NCBI GenBank assembly: GCA_965216875.1
Contig: OZ244207.1
Coordinates: 6,336,001 to 6,400,000 of the forward strand
DNA length: 64,000 nt
Reading direction: 5' to 3'
From: Rubripirellula sp.
GTDB taxonomy: Bacteria; Planctomycetota; Planctomycetia; Pirellulales; Pirellulaceae
Below the pieces are notes generated by a model. The model was not told where the DNA came from. It searched no databases and saw only the letters and a list, made by a program, of their open reading frames with translations. Positions 42,070 through 54,462 of this stretch are shown piece by piece (the stretch's first letter is position 1; every line of letters starts with the position of its first letter). The translations under genes and the position numbers were made by a program.

Positions 42070-45000
42070 GTGGTGTTTTCTGTGTCTTGCCCAATCCGGT
42101 TTTGTGCGCTGTTCGCCTTTGCCGCCGCTGCGATATTTTCGCATGCGGATGAGCCTGCGATGATTCAAGCGGTCGGCCCCAATGGCCAAGTCATTCGTAT
42201 GGCCGCGCCACAAGGAGGAAAGCCAGGGCGACCTGGCGGAGGTGAAAAGTCCAAGGGCGACGAAAAGAAAGGCAAGGAGGGCGAGGAAAGTTCTGGCAAA
42301 CCCAAAGAGGGTGAGAACGATTCACCCGAACCCAAGGTCATTCGCCGGGACGACGCAACGAGTGGTGATGCCGATCCAAACGAATTGAAGGCGACCGTTG
42401 GCGAAGATGGTCGTGTCGCGTTTCAGTTCCGCAATCAACCGTGGGTCGAACTAATCGAATGGCTTGCCGACATTTCGGACCAACCGCTTGATTGGCTCGA
42501 ACTTCCGGGAGACCGTGTCAACCTGCGATCACCAGGACGATATACGGTTGAACAGACACGAGACCTGTTCAATCGATACTTGCTCGCCCGTGGTTACACG
42601 CTCTTGGAACTGGACGGTGGATTGACGGTCGCAAAAACGGCCAAGATCAACCCTGCGATTGTTCCGCGAGTGAAGGTTGAACAGCTTGAGGCGATGCAAC
42701 CTCATACCTACGTTCGCGCCTTGATGGATGTGGGTTGGTTGTCGGCCGAAAAGTTGGCCGAAGAATTGAAGCCGATGATCAGCGAGAACGGACGCCTGAC
42801 GGCGCTCGCGACAACCAATCGCATCGAAGCGATGGATGCGGTCGTGAATTTGCGCGAAGTTGCCAACTTGCTCCAGCAAGAACGCGACAGCAACTCGCGC
42901 GACGCGCTTGCTCCTGAGTTCAAGCTTCGCTACTTGCCGGCCGAAGAGGCTAAGCAAATGCTTGAGCAGTTTCTCGGGATCGAAAAGAAGCAAGCCGCTC
43001 CGATGTCGCCGCAGCAGATGCAAATGATGGCTCAAATGCGGGCTCAGGGTGGCGGCAAAGGGGCGCCAGCCGAAAAGAAGGTTGAGGTTTCCATCGTCGC
43101 AAATCCACGACAAAACTCGGTCATCATTCGAGCTCCGATCGATCGAGTGGCCGTCGCGACCGAGTTCCTCAAACGCATCGATGTTGCAAGTGAGTCGATG
43201 GTTTCTCTTTCGGACATTCGATCCCGCGTACAGGTTTTTCGATTGGCATCGCTTGATCCTGAGAAGTTGATCGAGATTGTCAGTGAAATGAACATTCTGG
43301 AGCCCACAACGCGGGTCCGTGTCGACAAGGACAATAACGCGTTGATCGTTTCGGGGTCCGCGGCCGATCGCTTCATCATCACTTCGCTGATCGATCGACT
43401 TGATGGCAGCGGGCGGAAATTTGAAGTGTTGCAATTACGACGTTTGGACGCGACCGAAGTGGCCGAATCGATTGCCTTTTTGATGGGCCAGGAAGAGGAA
43501 AAGGAAGACAATAATTCGCGTCGGCGATACTATTTTGGTTACTACGGCAACGACGAAGAAGAAAAGAAGACAGATGAGTTTCGCGTTGCTGCCAACAGCC
43601 GCTATCGCCAAGTCTTGTTGTGGGCAAACGAACACGAAATGGCTGAGGTGCGATCATTGTTGATCAAGCTCGGCGAGCTTCCCCCGCCAGGTGGTAGTAA
43701 TCGAACGATTCGAACAATCGACGCCTCGGCAACGCCAGACACTTATGAGTATCTCAAGCGTCTGCGCCAACAATGGAATCGCTTGTCGCCGAATCCTTTG
43801 GAATTGCCTGAGGAGGGGCTCTTCAACGACCCCAACGAAAGACCGCAGCCAGTTGACGATGGTGAGGAGGGCGAGACGGATGATTCGGACGCGCCCGATT
43901 CCGTCGAGCCTTCGAAGGACGATCGAGTGGCAACGAGCGAGCGTCCAACCGTCGACTCGACCCAGTACCAATTTGCGATGGCTCAGGTTGCCACCTCGGC
44001 GCTCACGGCCGACGACGCCGAAGATGCGGATGTTCCGCGCAGCGACGAAGGGCCGATTCGTAGTTCCGAGGACTTCGATCGTGCGTTTCGTAACCAGCCA
44101 AGCGAACCACGTCGGCAGCCAGGCCAGCCACCGGCACCGGTGCGAATTGCCGTCGACCGCAACGGGAACCTGATTCTTCAAAGTACCGACACCGATGCAC
44201 TCGACCAGCTTGAAACGTTGATGTTGCAGGTCGCCCCGCCCCGCCGGCCGTATCAAGTGTTTCATATCGAGCACGCGTCAGCGTATTGGATGCGATTGAA
44301 TCTCGAAGACTATTTCGAGGAAGAAGAGGCTGACACCGACTCGGCCGCCGACTCGTTCTATCGTTGGTACTGGGATATGGATAGCGATGATTCCGACGAC
44401 GGGCCCACGGGCCTTGGAAAGGGGAACAAACTGAGGTTCGTTGATGACCCTGACACCAACACGTTGGTTGTCACCGGCGCAACCTCCGAGCAGCTAAGGA
44501 CGATCGCGGAATTGATCGAGCTTTGGGACGTGCCAGAACCCGTGAACAAGCGAAAGACACGCTTCACGAAGTTGGTGCACCTGGAATACGGTCGTGCCGA
44601 ACAGATCTCTGAAACGGTCAAAGAAGCCTATCGCGACTTGCTTAGCAGCAACGACAAATCGTTTAGCGGCGGTCGCGGACAAGGCCAAGGCGGAGGAGGC
44701 GGAAAAAGCGAAGACGTCGCCAAGAGTCGTGATGGTGGCGGGAGTGGCCTCGCCGATAGCGAGAGTGGTCGCGAAGGGGGCGGTGCCGATTTTTCGTTCA
44801 AGGGAAAACTGTCGCTGGGAATCGATCAAACCGGAAACACCCTGTTGGTCAGTGCCGAGGGCGAGCCTCTCTTGGAACTGGTTTGCGACATGATCAAGCA
44901 GCTTGACCAAGCGGCCCGACCAACGGGTGATGTTGAAGTCATGCAGTTTTCCGGCGACATCAGTGCCTCGTCGCTTGAACAGGCATTGCGCGCACTTGGC

Positions 45001-45087
45001 GCGGAGCCAACGGCAGCGCCAAAGCGACCTAACGGGCGGCCGAATGGACGTCCGACGCCACAAGGTGAAAAACCGGGCACGAATTAG
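42070..45087 (+). CDS. Secretin N-domain repeat protein lacking the secretin barrel
   Basis: Signal peptide; N0-like FQFRNQPW; about seven Secretin_N-like repeats (e.g. ANPRQNSVII, VDKDNNALIV, DDPDTNTLVV, IDQTGNTLLV). Confidence 0.75.
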   Translation: MVFSVSCPIRFCALFAFAAAAIFSHADEPAMIQAVGPNGQVIRMAAPQGGKPGRPGGGEKSKGDEKKGKEGEESSGKPKEGENDSPEPKVIRRDDATSGDADPNELKATVGEDGRVAFQFRNQPWVELIEWLADISDQPLDWLELPGDRVNLRSPGRYTVEQTRDLFNRYLLARGYTLLELDGGLTVAKTAKINPAIVPRVKVEQLEAMQPHTYVRALMDVGWLSAEKLAEELKPMISENGRLTALATTNRIEAMDAVVNLREVANLLQQERDSNSRDALAPEFKLRYLPAEEAKQMLEQFLGIEKKQAAPMSPQQMQMMAQMRAQGGGKGAPAEKKVEVSIVANPRQNSVIIRAPIDRVAVATEFLKRIDVASESMVSLSDIRSRVQVFRLASLDPEKLIEIVSEMNILEPTTRVRVDKDNNALIVSGSAADRFIITSLIDRLDGSGRKFEVLQLRRLDATEVAESIAFLMGQEEEKEDNNSRRRYYFGYYGNDEEEKKTDEFRVAANSRYRQVLLWANEHEMAEVRSLLIKLGELPPPGGSNRTIRTIDASATPDTYEYLKRLRQQWNRLSPNPLELPEEGLFNDPNERPQPVDDGEEGETDDSDAPDSVEPSKDDRVATSERPTVDSTQYQFAMAQVATSALTADDAEDADVPRSDEGPIRSSEDFDRAFRNQPSEPRRQPGQPPAPVRIAVDRNGNLILQSTDTDALDQLETLMLQVAPPRRPYQVFHIEHASAYWMRLNLEDYFEEEEADTDSAADSFYRWYWDMDSDDSDDGPTGLGKGNKLRFVDDPDTNTLVVTGATSEQLRTIAELIELWDVPEPVNKRKTRFTKLVHLEYGRAEQISETVKEAYRDLLSSNDKSFSGGRGQGQGGGGGKSEDVAKSRDGGGSGLADSESGREGGGADFSFKGKLSLGIDQTGNTLLVSAEGEPLLELVCDMIKQLDQAARPTGDVEVMQFSGDISASSLEQALRALGAEPTAAPKRPNGRPNGRPTPQGEKPGTN

Positions 45088-45344
45088 GGAGCGATTGCGA
45101 AAACTTGGCAAAACGCCAAGCCTTGTACATTTGGCACCAAGTTCTTAGCCTTTCTTGTTGCCGGTTCGCGGGAAAACACGCTTCGTCGATCCTCTGAGAG
45201 TCTTCAAAAAGGCCCTCGCTTCAAGAACGCATGACCGTCTGTGGGTAGATTGAAGCCTGCGAGACGGCGATCGACCAAGGATCCAGTGGGTCTACGCTGT
45301 CGCTTTTTCCCGCTCCCTTACCTTTCTCTTTCCCTTCGCAGCCG

Positions 45345-48104
45345 ATGCATCGTCCTCTATCGCACCGGTGGGCTGCATTTGTGACAACCCGATGGTGGTT
45401 GGTGGTCCTGGTTTGGATCGTCATTGCTGTTGCGATTCGGCTCGTTGCGCCCTCGTGGAAAGAGGTGGCTTACGACGGCGACTTCGAATACCTGCCCTCG
45501 CAAATGAGCAGTGTCGCGGGAGGCCATTTGCTTGACGAGGCATTCCCGGGTGAACGCGCGCGTAGCCAAGTCGTGCTTGTGCTTGGTCGCGAAACAGGGT
45601 CGCTGTCCAAACGCGACGAGATCGTTGGGCTTGATCTGCTTCGCCGATTGCAACACCGCCTCGGCGAAGTCTCCTGGCAGCGCGCGATCGAATATGGCTA
45701 TGAAGGCGGGCCGCCCGTGGATGGGCATCCTTCGGCAGCGTGGTTGCGTATGGCGCGCGAGGCGTTTGACCAATCGATTGCCGCCGACGATTCGTTCTAT
45801 GAAAAGATCAGCGAGCAGGTGCCGCCGGACGATCCGACACCGCAAGAGCCGCGGATGGCAATCTCGTACTACGATCGCGGCAAGTTGCTCGAAGCATGGG
45901 AAGAGTCTCCCGAAGCCATCGAAGACGATTTTGAATCGGCACTCGTGCTGATGGAGCAATTGCCAGAACGGGTCAAGCCGATCGAAGAACGAGACCTGGG
46001 GCCTTGGAAGACGATGATTGACGTCTTCTCTTGGGACGACAAAGTGGTTGGGCCAAAACTCAAAGCCGACGGCGCCCAGTTGGCCGTGATGCAGCTATCT
46101 AGCGAGTTGGCGGCAACTTCAAACATCGCAACGATTGAAGAAGTCCAACGTTTGCTCGATCGCGTGATGCAATATAGCGGTCACTTTACCGATCCCGGCT
46201 TAAAGCTGCATATGACCGGATCGGCCGCGATTGGTGGCGAGACATTGCTCGCCGCACGCGACGCGATTCAGTACACCGAATGGATCACGGTCTTTATGAT
46301 TCTGTTGATCTTGGCGGTTGTTTATCGGGCGCCGTTGCTGGTTGCGATTCCGATGATCTCCATCGGGTTCGCCGTGCTGGTTGCGATGTCGCTGGTCGCG
46401 CTGCTGACCGACCTGTCGATGCGCGAGACGATTCCAGGCTTGGACATGCGGGTCTTCACCACAAGCCACATCTTTGTGGTGGTGATTCTGTTCGGTGCCG
46501 GAACGGACTACTGCCTGTTCCTGATTGCTCGACTCCGCGAGGAGGCTTCCAAGACGGTCTGGCCTGTTGCTTGCCGCAATGCGCTTTCGGGCGTGATGAG
46601 CGCATTGATGGGCAGCGCCATGACGACGGTTTTTGGATTGGCGATGCTTTGGTTTGCTCAGTTTGGCAAATTCCATTACACCGGACCGGTCATCGCGATC
46701 TGTTTGCTGGTGGGCTTGCTTGTTTGCACGACGTTGACTCCTGCCCTGTTGGCGGCGATTGGTCCCAAGGTCTTTTGGCCGTCGCGTCTGCCGCCCTACA
46801 ACGCGGGTAAACTGTCCATCTTTGGCGATCCAAGTGAACCTCGTGGGAACCTGGGGAGTGGTTTATGGAGCTGGGTCGCCTTGATGTTGACCCGGCGACC
46901 GCTCGGCACCTTCTTCATTGGGATGGGAATCCTGTTGGTGCCAGCCTACGTCGGCGTGAAGAACGAAAACGCCGTCACTTACGACTTGAGCAGCCAGCTC
47001 AATCACTCGGCTTCGAGTCGTCAGGGATTGCGACTGCTGGCTCAGCATTTCGAAATGGGCGATATCAATCCAGCGACGGTGTTGATCAAACGTCCCGAGG
47101 AAACGGATCGCGAAACCTTCAGCAAGCAGATTCGAGAACTGTCGATCGGGCTCTACGCAGTGCCCGGGGTCGAATCGGTGCGTACGGCCGACGATCCCAT
47201 GGGCGACTTTCCGCCTGATCGGGACATGGGCGTGTTCGACAGCGACTCGTTGCGTCGGCGGATGCTGAAGAACCACAGCATCGCTCAACGATATTACTTT
47301 TCGTCGATTCCCGAATTCGAGAACCGTCTTGCCCGCCTGGACGTGATTATCGATGCGGATCCCTTTTCGACCGAGGCGGCCGATGTGGTCCTGCGGGTTT
47401 CGGAATTCTTGAAAGAACAAACGAGCGAAGATCAGCCCGAGAGTACTCTTGGCGGAGTTTGGCGAGGCGCAGAAGTTTCGATCACCGGTACGACTCCGTC
47501 CATTATTGATTTGCGAAAGGTCACGATTTCAGACAACCGCCGCATCAAAGTGGCCGTCGTGATCGCCGTCTTTGCGGTGTTGGTTTTGGTGATCCGCCGC
47601 GTCGGTCTGTGCCTCTATTTGATCGTTACCGTGCTGGTCAGCTACTACGCAACGCTCGGCTTGACCTATCTGTTTTTCAAGTCAGCCTACGGAAGCGATT
47701 TCGTGGGACTCGATTGGAAGTTGCCGTTGTTCCTGTTCGTGATCTTGGTCGCGATCGGCCAAGACTACAACGTGTACCTCGTGACGCGAATTGTCGAAGA
47801 GGAGCGGCGCCTCGGTTGGCTCGCTGCCATCCGCCGTGCGGTTGCCAGAACCGGTGGCATTATCACGGCCTGTGGATTGGTCATGGCAGCAACGTTTCTG
47901 AGCATGACGGCGGCGGCGTGGCTGCCACCACTGCTTGAATGGTTGGAACTCTCACCCAAGGCGGCCAACACCGCCCTTCGAGGCATCGTCGAACTCGGCT
48001 TTGCCTTAGGACTTGGAGTCTTGATCGACACGTTTTACGTTCGAACGATTCTCGTTCCAAGCTTTGTCGCATTGATCGGGCAGTGGTCCAAAGCACGATC
48101 TTGA
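45345..48104 (+). CDS. MMPL-family transporter
   Basis: VYRAPLL, FGAGTDYCLFLIARLREE, AIGQDYNVYLVTRI, TGGIITACG, IDTFYVRTILVP. Confidence 0.92.
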   Translation: MHRPLSHRWAAFVTTRWWLVVLVWIVIAVAIRLVAPSWKEVAYDGDFEYLPSQMSSVAGGHLLDEAFPGERARSQVVLVLGRETGSLSKRDEIVGLDLLRRLQHRLGEVSWQRAIEYGYEGGPPVDGHPSAAWLRMAREAFDQSIAADDSFYEKISEQVPPDDPTPQEPRMAISYYDRGKLLEAWEESPEAIEDDFESALVLMEQLPERVKPIEERDLGPWKTMIDVFSWDDKVVGPKLKADGAQLAVMQLSSELAATSNIATIEEVQRLLDRVMQYSGHFTDPGLKLHMTGSAAIGGETLLAARDAIQYTEWITVFMILLILAVVYRAPLLVAIPMISIGFAVLVAMSLVALLTDLSMRETIPGLDMRVFTTSHIFVVVILFGAGTDYCLFLIARLREEASKTVWPVACRNALSGVMSALMGSAMTTVFGLAMLWFAQFGKFHYTGPVIAICLLVGLLVCTTLTPALLAAIGPKVFWPSRLPPYNAGKLSIFGDPSEPRGNLGSGLWSWVALMLTRRPLGTFFIGMGILLVPAYVGVKNENAVTYDLSSQLNHSASSRQGLRLLAQHFEMGDINPATVLIKRPEETDRETFSKQIRELSIGLYAVPGVESVRTADDPMGDFPPDRDMGVFDSDSLRRRMLKNHSIAQRYYFSSIPEFENRLARLDVIIDADPFSTEAADVVLRVSEFLKEQTSEDQPESTLGGVWRGAEVSITGTTPSIIDLRKVTISDNRRIKVAVVIAVFAVLVLVIRRVGLCLYLIVTVLVSYYATLGLTYLFFKSAYGSDFVGLDWKLPLFLFVILVAIGQDYNVYLVTRIVEEERRLGWLAAIRRAVARTGGIITACGLVMAATFLSMTAAAWLPPLLEWLELSPKAANTALRGIVELGFALGLGVLIDTFYVRTILVPSFVALIGQWSKARS

Positions 48105-48114
48105 GTGTTCTCAC

Positions 48115-48294
48115 GTGAGCCGCTGGCCGTAAGGCCTCGGGCCCTTGCCGACGCGCAGCTAGGGTGAAGGCGAGTAAGGCCCGGCCGCTTACGCGATCGC
48201 GGCTCAGTTGTTTGAGCTTGGGTAACGCTGGTTCGTCGTACCACCTTTAGGCGGAAGAGCCTGACGATTCCGGCTAAAGCACGGTGCCACAAAC
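48115..48294. repeat. REP cluster: family D doublet plus family A doublet
   Basis: GTGAGCCGCTGGCCGTAAGGCCTCGGGCC (48115) .. AGGCCCGGCCGCTTACGCGATCGCGGCTCA (48177-48206); A doublet 48231-48294. Confidence 0.85.
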
Positions 48295-48299
48295 TGGGC

Positions 48300-48779
48300 C
48301 TAGTCGCCGACGCCGATGTCATCATCCATCGCTGTGAGGATCAGCTTGAATTCCGCTTCTTCGTGTTGTTGGAACGCGTCGCGAAATTGCGCAAAGTCGT
48401 GAAGGAAACGAGTCACTTGCTCGTGGCTTTCCGATGAGACTTCCAATGCGACATCGGCAAGATCTCGAATTCGAGCAAATAGCAACGCGTGCTGACTTCG
48501 CAAGAACTCGGCCGATGTGGAGAGCTCGGGGGCGGTCACGATCGCTTCGTCAAAGTAACCGTATGCTTCTTCAAGCGAAAAGTGCAACGCAAGCTGATCA
48601 CGCAATTCGGCAAACAGCTCGATCAACTCGTGCCAGTGATTGGTTGCAGTCTGAGCGTGTTCGGCAAGAGGCCGAATACGGTCGAGCAGGTTCTTCAAAT
48701 CCCGATTGTCATCCTTGATGTCTTTTAAGAACGCCGCGTTGACCGTTAATCGACGCGTGGTTGTTCTTGAGGTACTCAT
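48300..48779 (-). CDS. Hemerythrin-like domain protein
   Basis: HFSLEE, LRSQH, HEEAE motifs on an all-helical protein. Confidence 0.75.
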   Translation of the reverse strand: MSTSRTTTRRLTVNAAFLKDIKDDNRDLKNLLDRIRPLAEHAQTATNHWHELIELFAELRDQLALHFSLEEAYGYFDEAIVTAPELSTSAEFLRSQHALLFARIRDLADVALEVSSESHEQVTRFLHDFAQFRDAFQQHEEAEFKLILTAMDDDIGVGD

Positions 48780-48924
48780 ACCTATCCCCATTTGAGCAGA
48801 TACCATTGTAGCCCAAACGTCCGGAAAATGCGAAACAAAAGACGATACCGCTGCTGCGTCTTCGGTTCATTGTGCGGGCTTTTTGCGGAGTTTCAACGGA
48901 ATTGCATGCGGACGAAAACGATCC

Positions 48925-49896
48925 CTACGCGATTTCGATCGGAAGCGGGATCACTTCGCCAATCGTTCGTGCGCCGGTCATTGCCATCAGCAGTCGATCG
49001 ACGCCGAGTGCGACTCCAGCGGATTGCGGCAAACCGGAACGCATTGCCGCCAGTAATGTCGTCTCCTCGTTAAGCGCCGGTCGGCCAAGAGCACGGCGCT
49101 GCTGGTTGCTTTTTCGATAGCGGCTCTTCAGCTCATCCGCATCGAGCAGTTCGTCGTAGCCATTGGCAAGTTCGATCCCGTCGACAAACAATTCGAACCT
49201 CGCAGCACATCGCGGATCGCTTGTCGACGTTTTGGCCAGCGCGGCTTGAGAGAGGGGATAGTCGGTCAAGATCAGCGGGACGCTCTGTCCGAGTTTGGGC
49301 TGAACGGTGCGTGACAAGATGACGTCAAGCAAAGCGTCGCGATCATTGCCGATCGATTGGGCAAGCGACGCATCGATTTGGCTCGCGTGATCGACGAGCG
49401 TTTTGACAGGTGCTTCGAGAGGATCGAAGCCAGCCACTTGTTGAAACGCCTCGCGATACGACGCGGTCTCGTACCGATCGTGCCCCAAGGTCTCGCAGGC
49501 GAGATTGCCGAGCGTTTCGATTCCTTGTGCCGCGCTGGCACCGACTTCGTACCATTCCAGCATGGTGAATTCGGTGTTGTGTAGGTCGCCACGTTCGCCG
49601 GCTCGGAACACGGGGACGATGCTGTAGATCGACGGTGCACCGGCGGCCAACATCCGCTTCATCGCTGATTCGGGCGAGGTCTGTAGGAAGAATTCATCCG
49701 CCATCCCTTCAACGCTGATTCCGAACTGGCATGAAGGGACGGTGATCGGATCAAGGTAGGTGTCGACCACACAATCGCGACTCAAGCAGGGTGGTTGAAC
49801 TTCAAGGAATCCCCGTTCGTCAAAGAAGGATCGGACGAGGCGAAGCAGCTGGGCACGCTGGCGAAGGAACTTGAGGTTGGGGGTCACTGGGTTCAC
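48925..49896 (-). CDS. epmA: EF-P lysine aminoacylase EpmA (GenX/PoxA)
   Basis: FLQTSPESAMKR, HNTEFTMLEWY, ARFELFVDGIELANGYDEL, GVALGVDRLLM; no anticodon-binding domain; start uncertain (GTG 49896 or 49887). Confidence 0.92.
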   Translation of the reverse strand: MNPVTPNLKFLRQRAQLLRLVRSFFDERGFLEVQPPCLSRDCVVDTYLDPITVPSCQFGISVEGMADEFFLQTSPESAMKRMLAAGAPSIYSIVPVFRAGERGDLHNTEFTMLEWYEVGASAAQGIETLGNLACETLGHDRYETASYREAFQQVAGFDPLEAPVKTLVDHASQIDASLAQSIGNDRDALLDVILSRTVQPKLGQSVPLILTDYPLSQAALAKTSTSDPRCAARFELFVDGIELANGYDELLDADELKSRYRKSNQQRRALGRPALNEETTLLAAMRSGLPQSAGVALGVDRLLMAMTGARTIGEVIPLPIEIA

Positions 49897-49959
49897 CAAG
49901 TGTGTGGATTCGATCGGTCGTGCCTTGTCGCTCGGACGTTGAGTGTTCAAGATGCCGGT

Positions 49960-51000
49960 ATGAGTCATTCGCGAGAGAACCGGTACGCACGCCAAACGCA
50001 ATTTGCGGCAATTGGAACGGAAGGCCAGAGTCGTCTTTCCAACTCGCGTGTTGCCGTATTGGGATGTGGCGCGCTCGGTACCGTGGCAGCAGAGATTTTG
50101 ACGCGGGCCGGCGTGAAGTGTCTACGCCTGATCGATCGCGATGTCGTCGAATGGACCAACTTGCAGCGTCAGGCGTTGTTCGAAGAGCGTGATGCGATCG
50201 ATGCCGCCTCGAAAGCACAGGCCGCTGCCGAGCATCTCGCGCGGATCAATCGTGACGTTGAGCTTGTCCCCGTCGTCACGGATGTTTCTGCGGCCAATGT
50301 GGGTGCGGCGATCGCCGACGTCGACTTGGTGATCGATGCGGCCGACAATTTCGCTCTGCGGTTCTTGCTCAATGATTGGTCGCTTGCCAACGAAACACCG
50401 TGGGTGCATGGCGGTTGCGTCGGCGCAACGGGCCAAGTGAGGTTCTTTGACGGAAAGGGAACGCCCTGTTTTCGCTGCGTCGTTCCTGAGCCGCCACCCG
50501 CTTCGGCGGTCGATACCTGCGACACCGCCGGTGTGGTCGGATCGGCAACGCACACGATTGCCAGTCTGCAGGCGACCGAAGCGATCAAATGGTTGTCGGG
50601 TGCTCGCGACGCCGTTCGCGACACGATGCTGTCGATCGATCTTTGGAACAATCGCATTCGCGAAATCTCGATCAGCCGCAGCATCGGCGCGACTTGCACG
50701 GCATGCGGTGAGCGAAGACTGGAGTTTCTTGACGGGTCGCGCGGCAATGCGGGGCCAGCAGTGACCCTATGCGGGCGTGATGCCGTTCAAATACAAGCCG
50801 AAAGCGAGAGTGATGTGAACTTGGACAAGGTCGCCGATCGCTGGGAGGGAATCGGCCGCGTTCAATCGACGCGTTTCTTCGTCCGTCTTCATGTCGATCC
50901 CTTCACTGTCACGCTCTTTCGCGATGGTCGCACCGTGGTCTCCGGAACCGACGATCTCGCCAAAGCGAGGTCCATCGCCTCGCAGTACGTCGGCCAATAG
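49960..51000 (+). CDS. ThiF/MoeB-family adenylyltransferase
   Basis: RYARQ, GCGALG, DRDVVEWTNLQRQ, CFRC..TCDTAG, CTAC. Confidence 0.9.
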   Translation: MSHSRENRYARQTQFAAIGTEGQSRLSNSRVAVLGCGALGTVAAEILTRAGVKCLRLIDRDVVEWTNLQRQALFEERDAIDAASKAQAAAEHLARINRDVELVPVVTDVSAANVGAAIADVDLVIDAADNFALRFLLNDWSLANETPWVHGGCVGATGQVRFFDGKGTPCFRCVVPEPPPASAVDTCDTAGVVGSATHTIASLQATEAIKWLSGARDAVRDTMLSIDLWNNRIREISISRSIGATCTACGERRLEFLDGSRGNAGPAVTLCGRDAVQIQAESESDVNLDKVADRWEGIGRVQSTRFFVRLHVDPFTVTLFRDGRTVVSGTDDLAKARSIASQYVGQ

Positions 51001-51025
51001 TCCGTCTCTCCTCGTTCGTAGTGCA

Positions 51026-51400
51026 CCTGCCCGTGAGCCGCTGGCCGTGAGGCCTCGGGCCCTAGCCCCCACGTGCACGGTTCGTAGCTACCTTCGCCAG
51101 AAGGTGGTTCCCATTGGTAGACCGCTAGCCGCGATCACCACGCCCTGGCGAGCGTAACGTAGGTGTATAGGCCCGGCCGCTTACGCGATCGCGGCTCACA
51201 GGTGAGTGGCAAGGCGCTAGCCGCCGGTTCTTCAATCACGCCTGCCCGTGAGCCGTTGGCCGTGAGGCCTCGGGCCCTAGCCCCACGTGCACGGTTCGTA
51301 GCTACCTTCGCCAGAAGGTGGTTCCCATTGGTACACCGCTACCCGCGATCACCACGCTCTGGCGAGCGTAGCTACGTCGGTGTATCGGCCCGACGTTCGG
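51026..51400. repeat. Tandem ~215-bp duplication of a nested D/B REP element
   Basis: CCTGCCCGTGAGCCGYTGGCCGTGAGGCCTCGGGCCCTAGCCCC at 51026 and 51241; B doublets 51084-51157 and 51298-51375. Confidence 0.9.
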
Positions 51401-51419
51401 TGTTGAAGCCAGACCCAAC

Positions 51420-51455
51420 AAAAAAAGCGGCCACGCATGTTGTTGCGTGGCCGCT
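51420..51455 (-). terminator. Rho-independent terminator of clpC
   Basis: 12-bp stem AGCGGCCACGCA/TGCGTGGCCGCT followed by a T-run on the minus strand, about 35 nt after the stop. Confidence 0.85.
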
Positions 51456-51489
51456 GTCATTCGGAGTCCGACTCAAATGAGTTGGTTGA

Positions 51490-54057
<2,568 letters not shown>

Positions 54058-54462
54058 ATTCTCTTCTCTTTACCCAGGTCGGTTCCGAATTCGGCAGGAG
54101 CGCGGGTTCTGTCAAATTGGCGAATCTGTCTCAGTGTGGTTCTCTATGCAAACCGTACGCCACTCCATACCAACACGAGTACCAGTTATGTGCCGTGCAG
54201 AACAAGCGGGCGCATTCCTGGCCGATTGGTAGGTCCCCTCCTGATTCTACCGGTTAGGCGAAAATGTCGGGATAGGAGCTTTGGGGTCGACAGTGCGAAA
54301 ATCACGACGGATTGTTCCGGCGATTCGCTTTTTCTTGACAAAAGTGTGACCAGTTTTTTTTGCTGTGGGTTCCACCCCCAACACGCGGGAAGCCCGCAGG
54401 AATCCGCATTTCTGCTTCTGTTCTTTTTTTTCTGTTCCACGTCAACGCCTTTTCACATTCAT

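Noticed and set aside
45100..45150. Sigma-54 promoter (TGGCAC) upstream of the MMPL gene
   Set aside because: The -12 TTGC element is missing at the required spacing.
54058..54462. CIRCE/CtsR heat-shock operator upstream of clpC
   Set aside because: No TTAGCACTC-N9-GAGTGCTAA or clear heptad repeat found.
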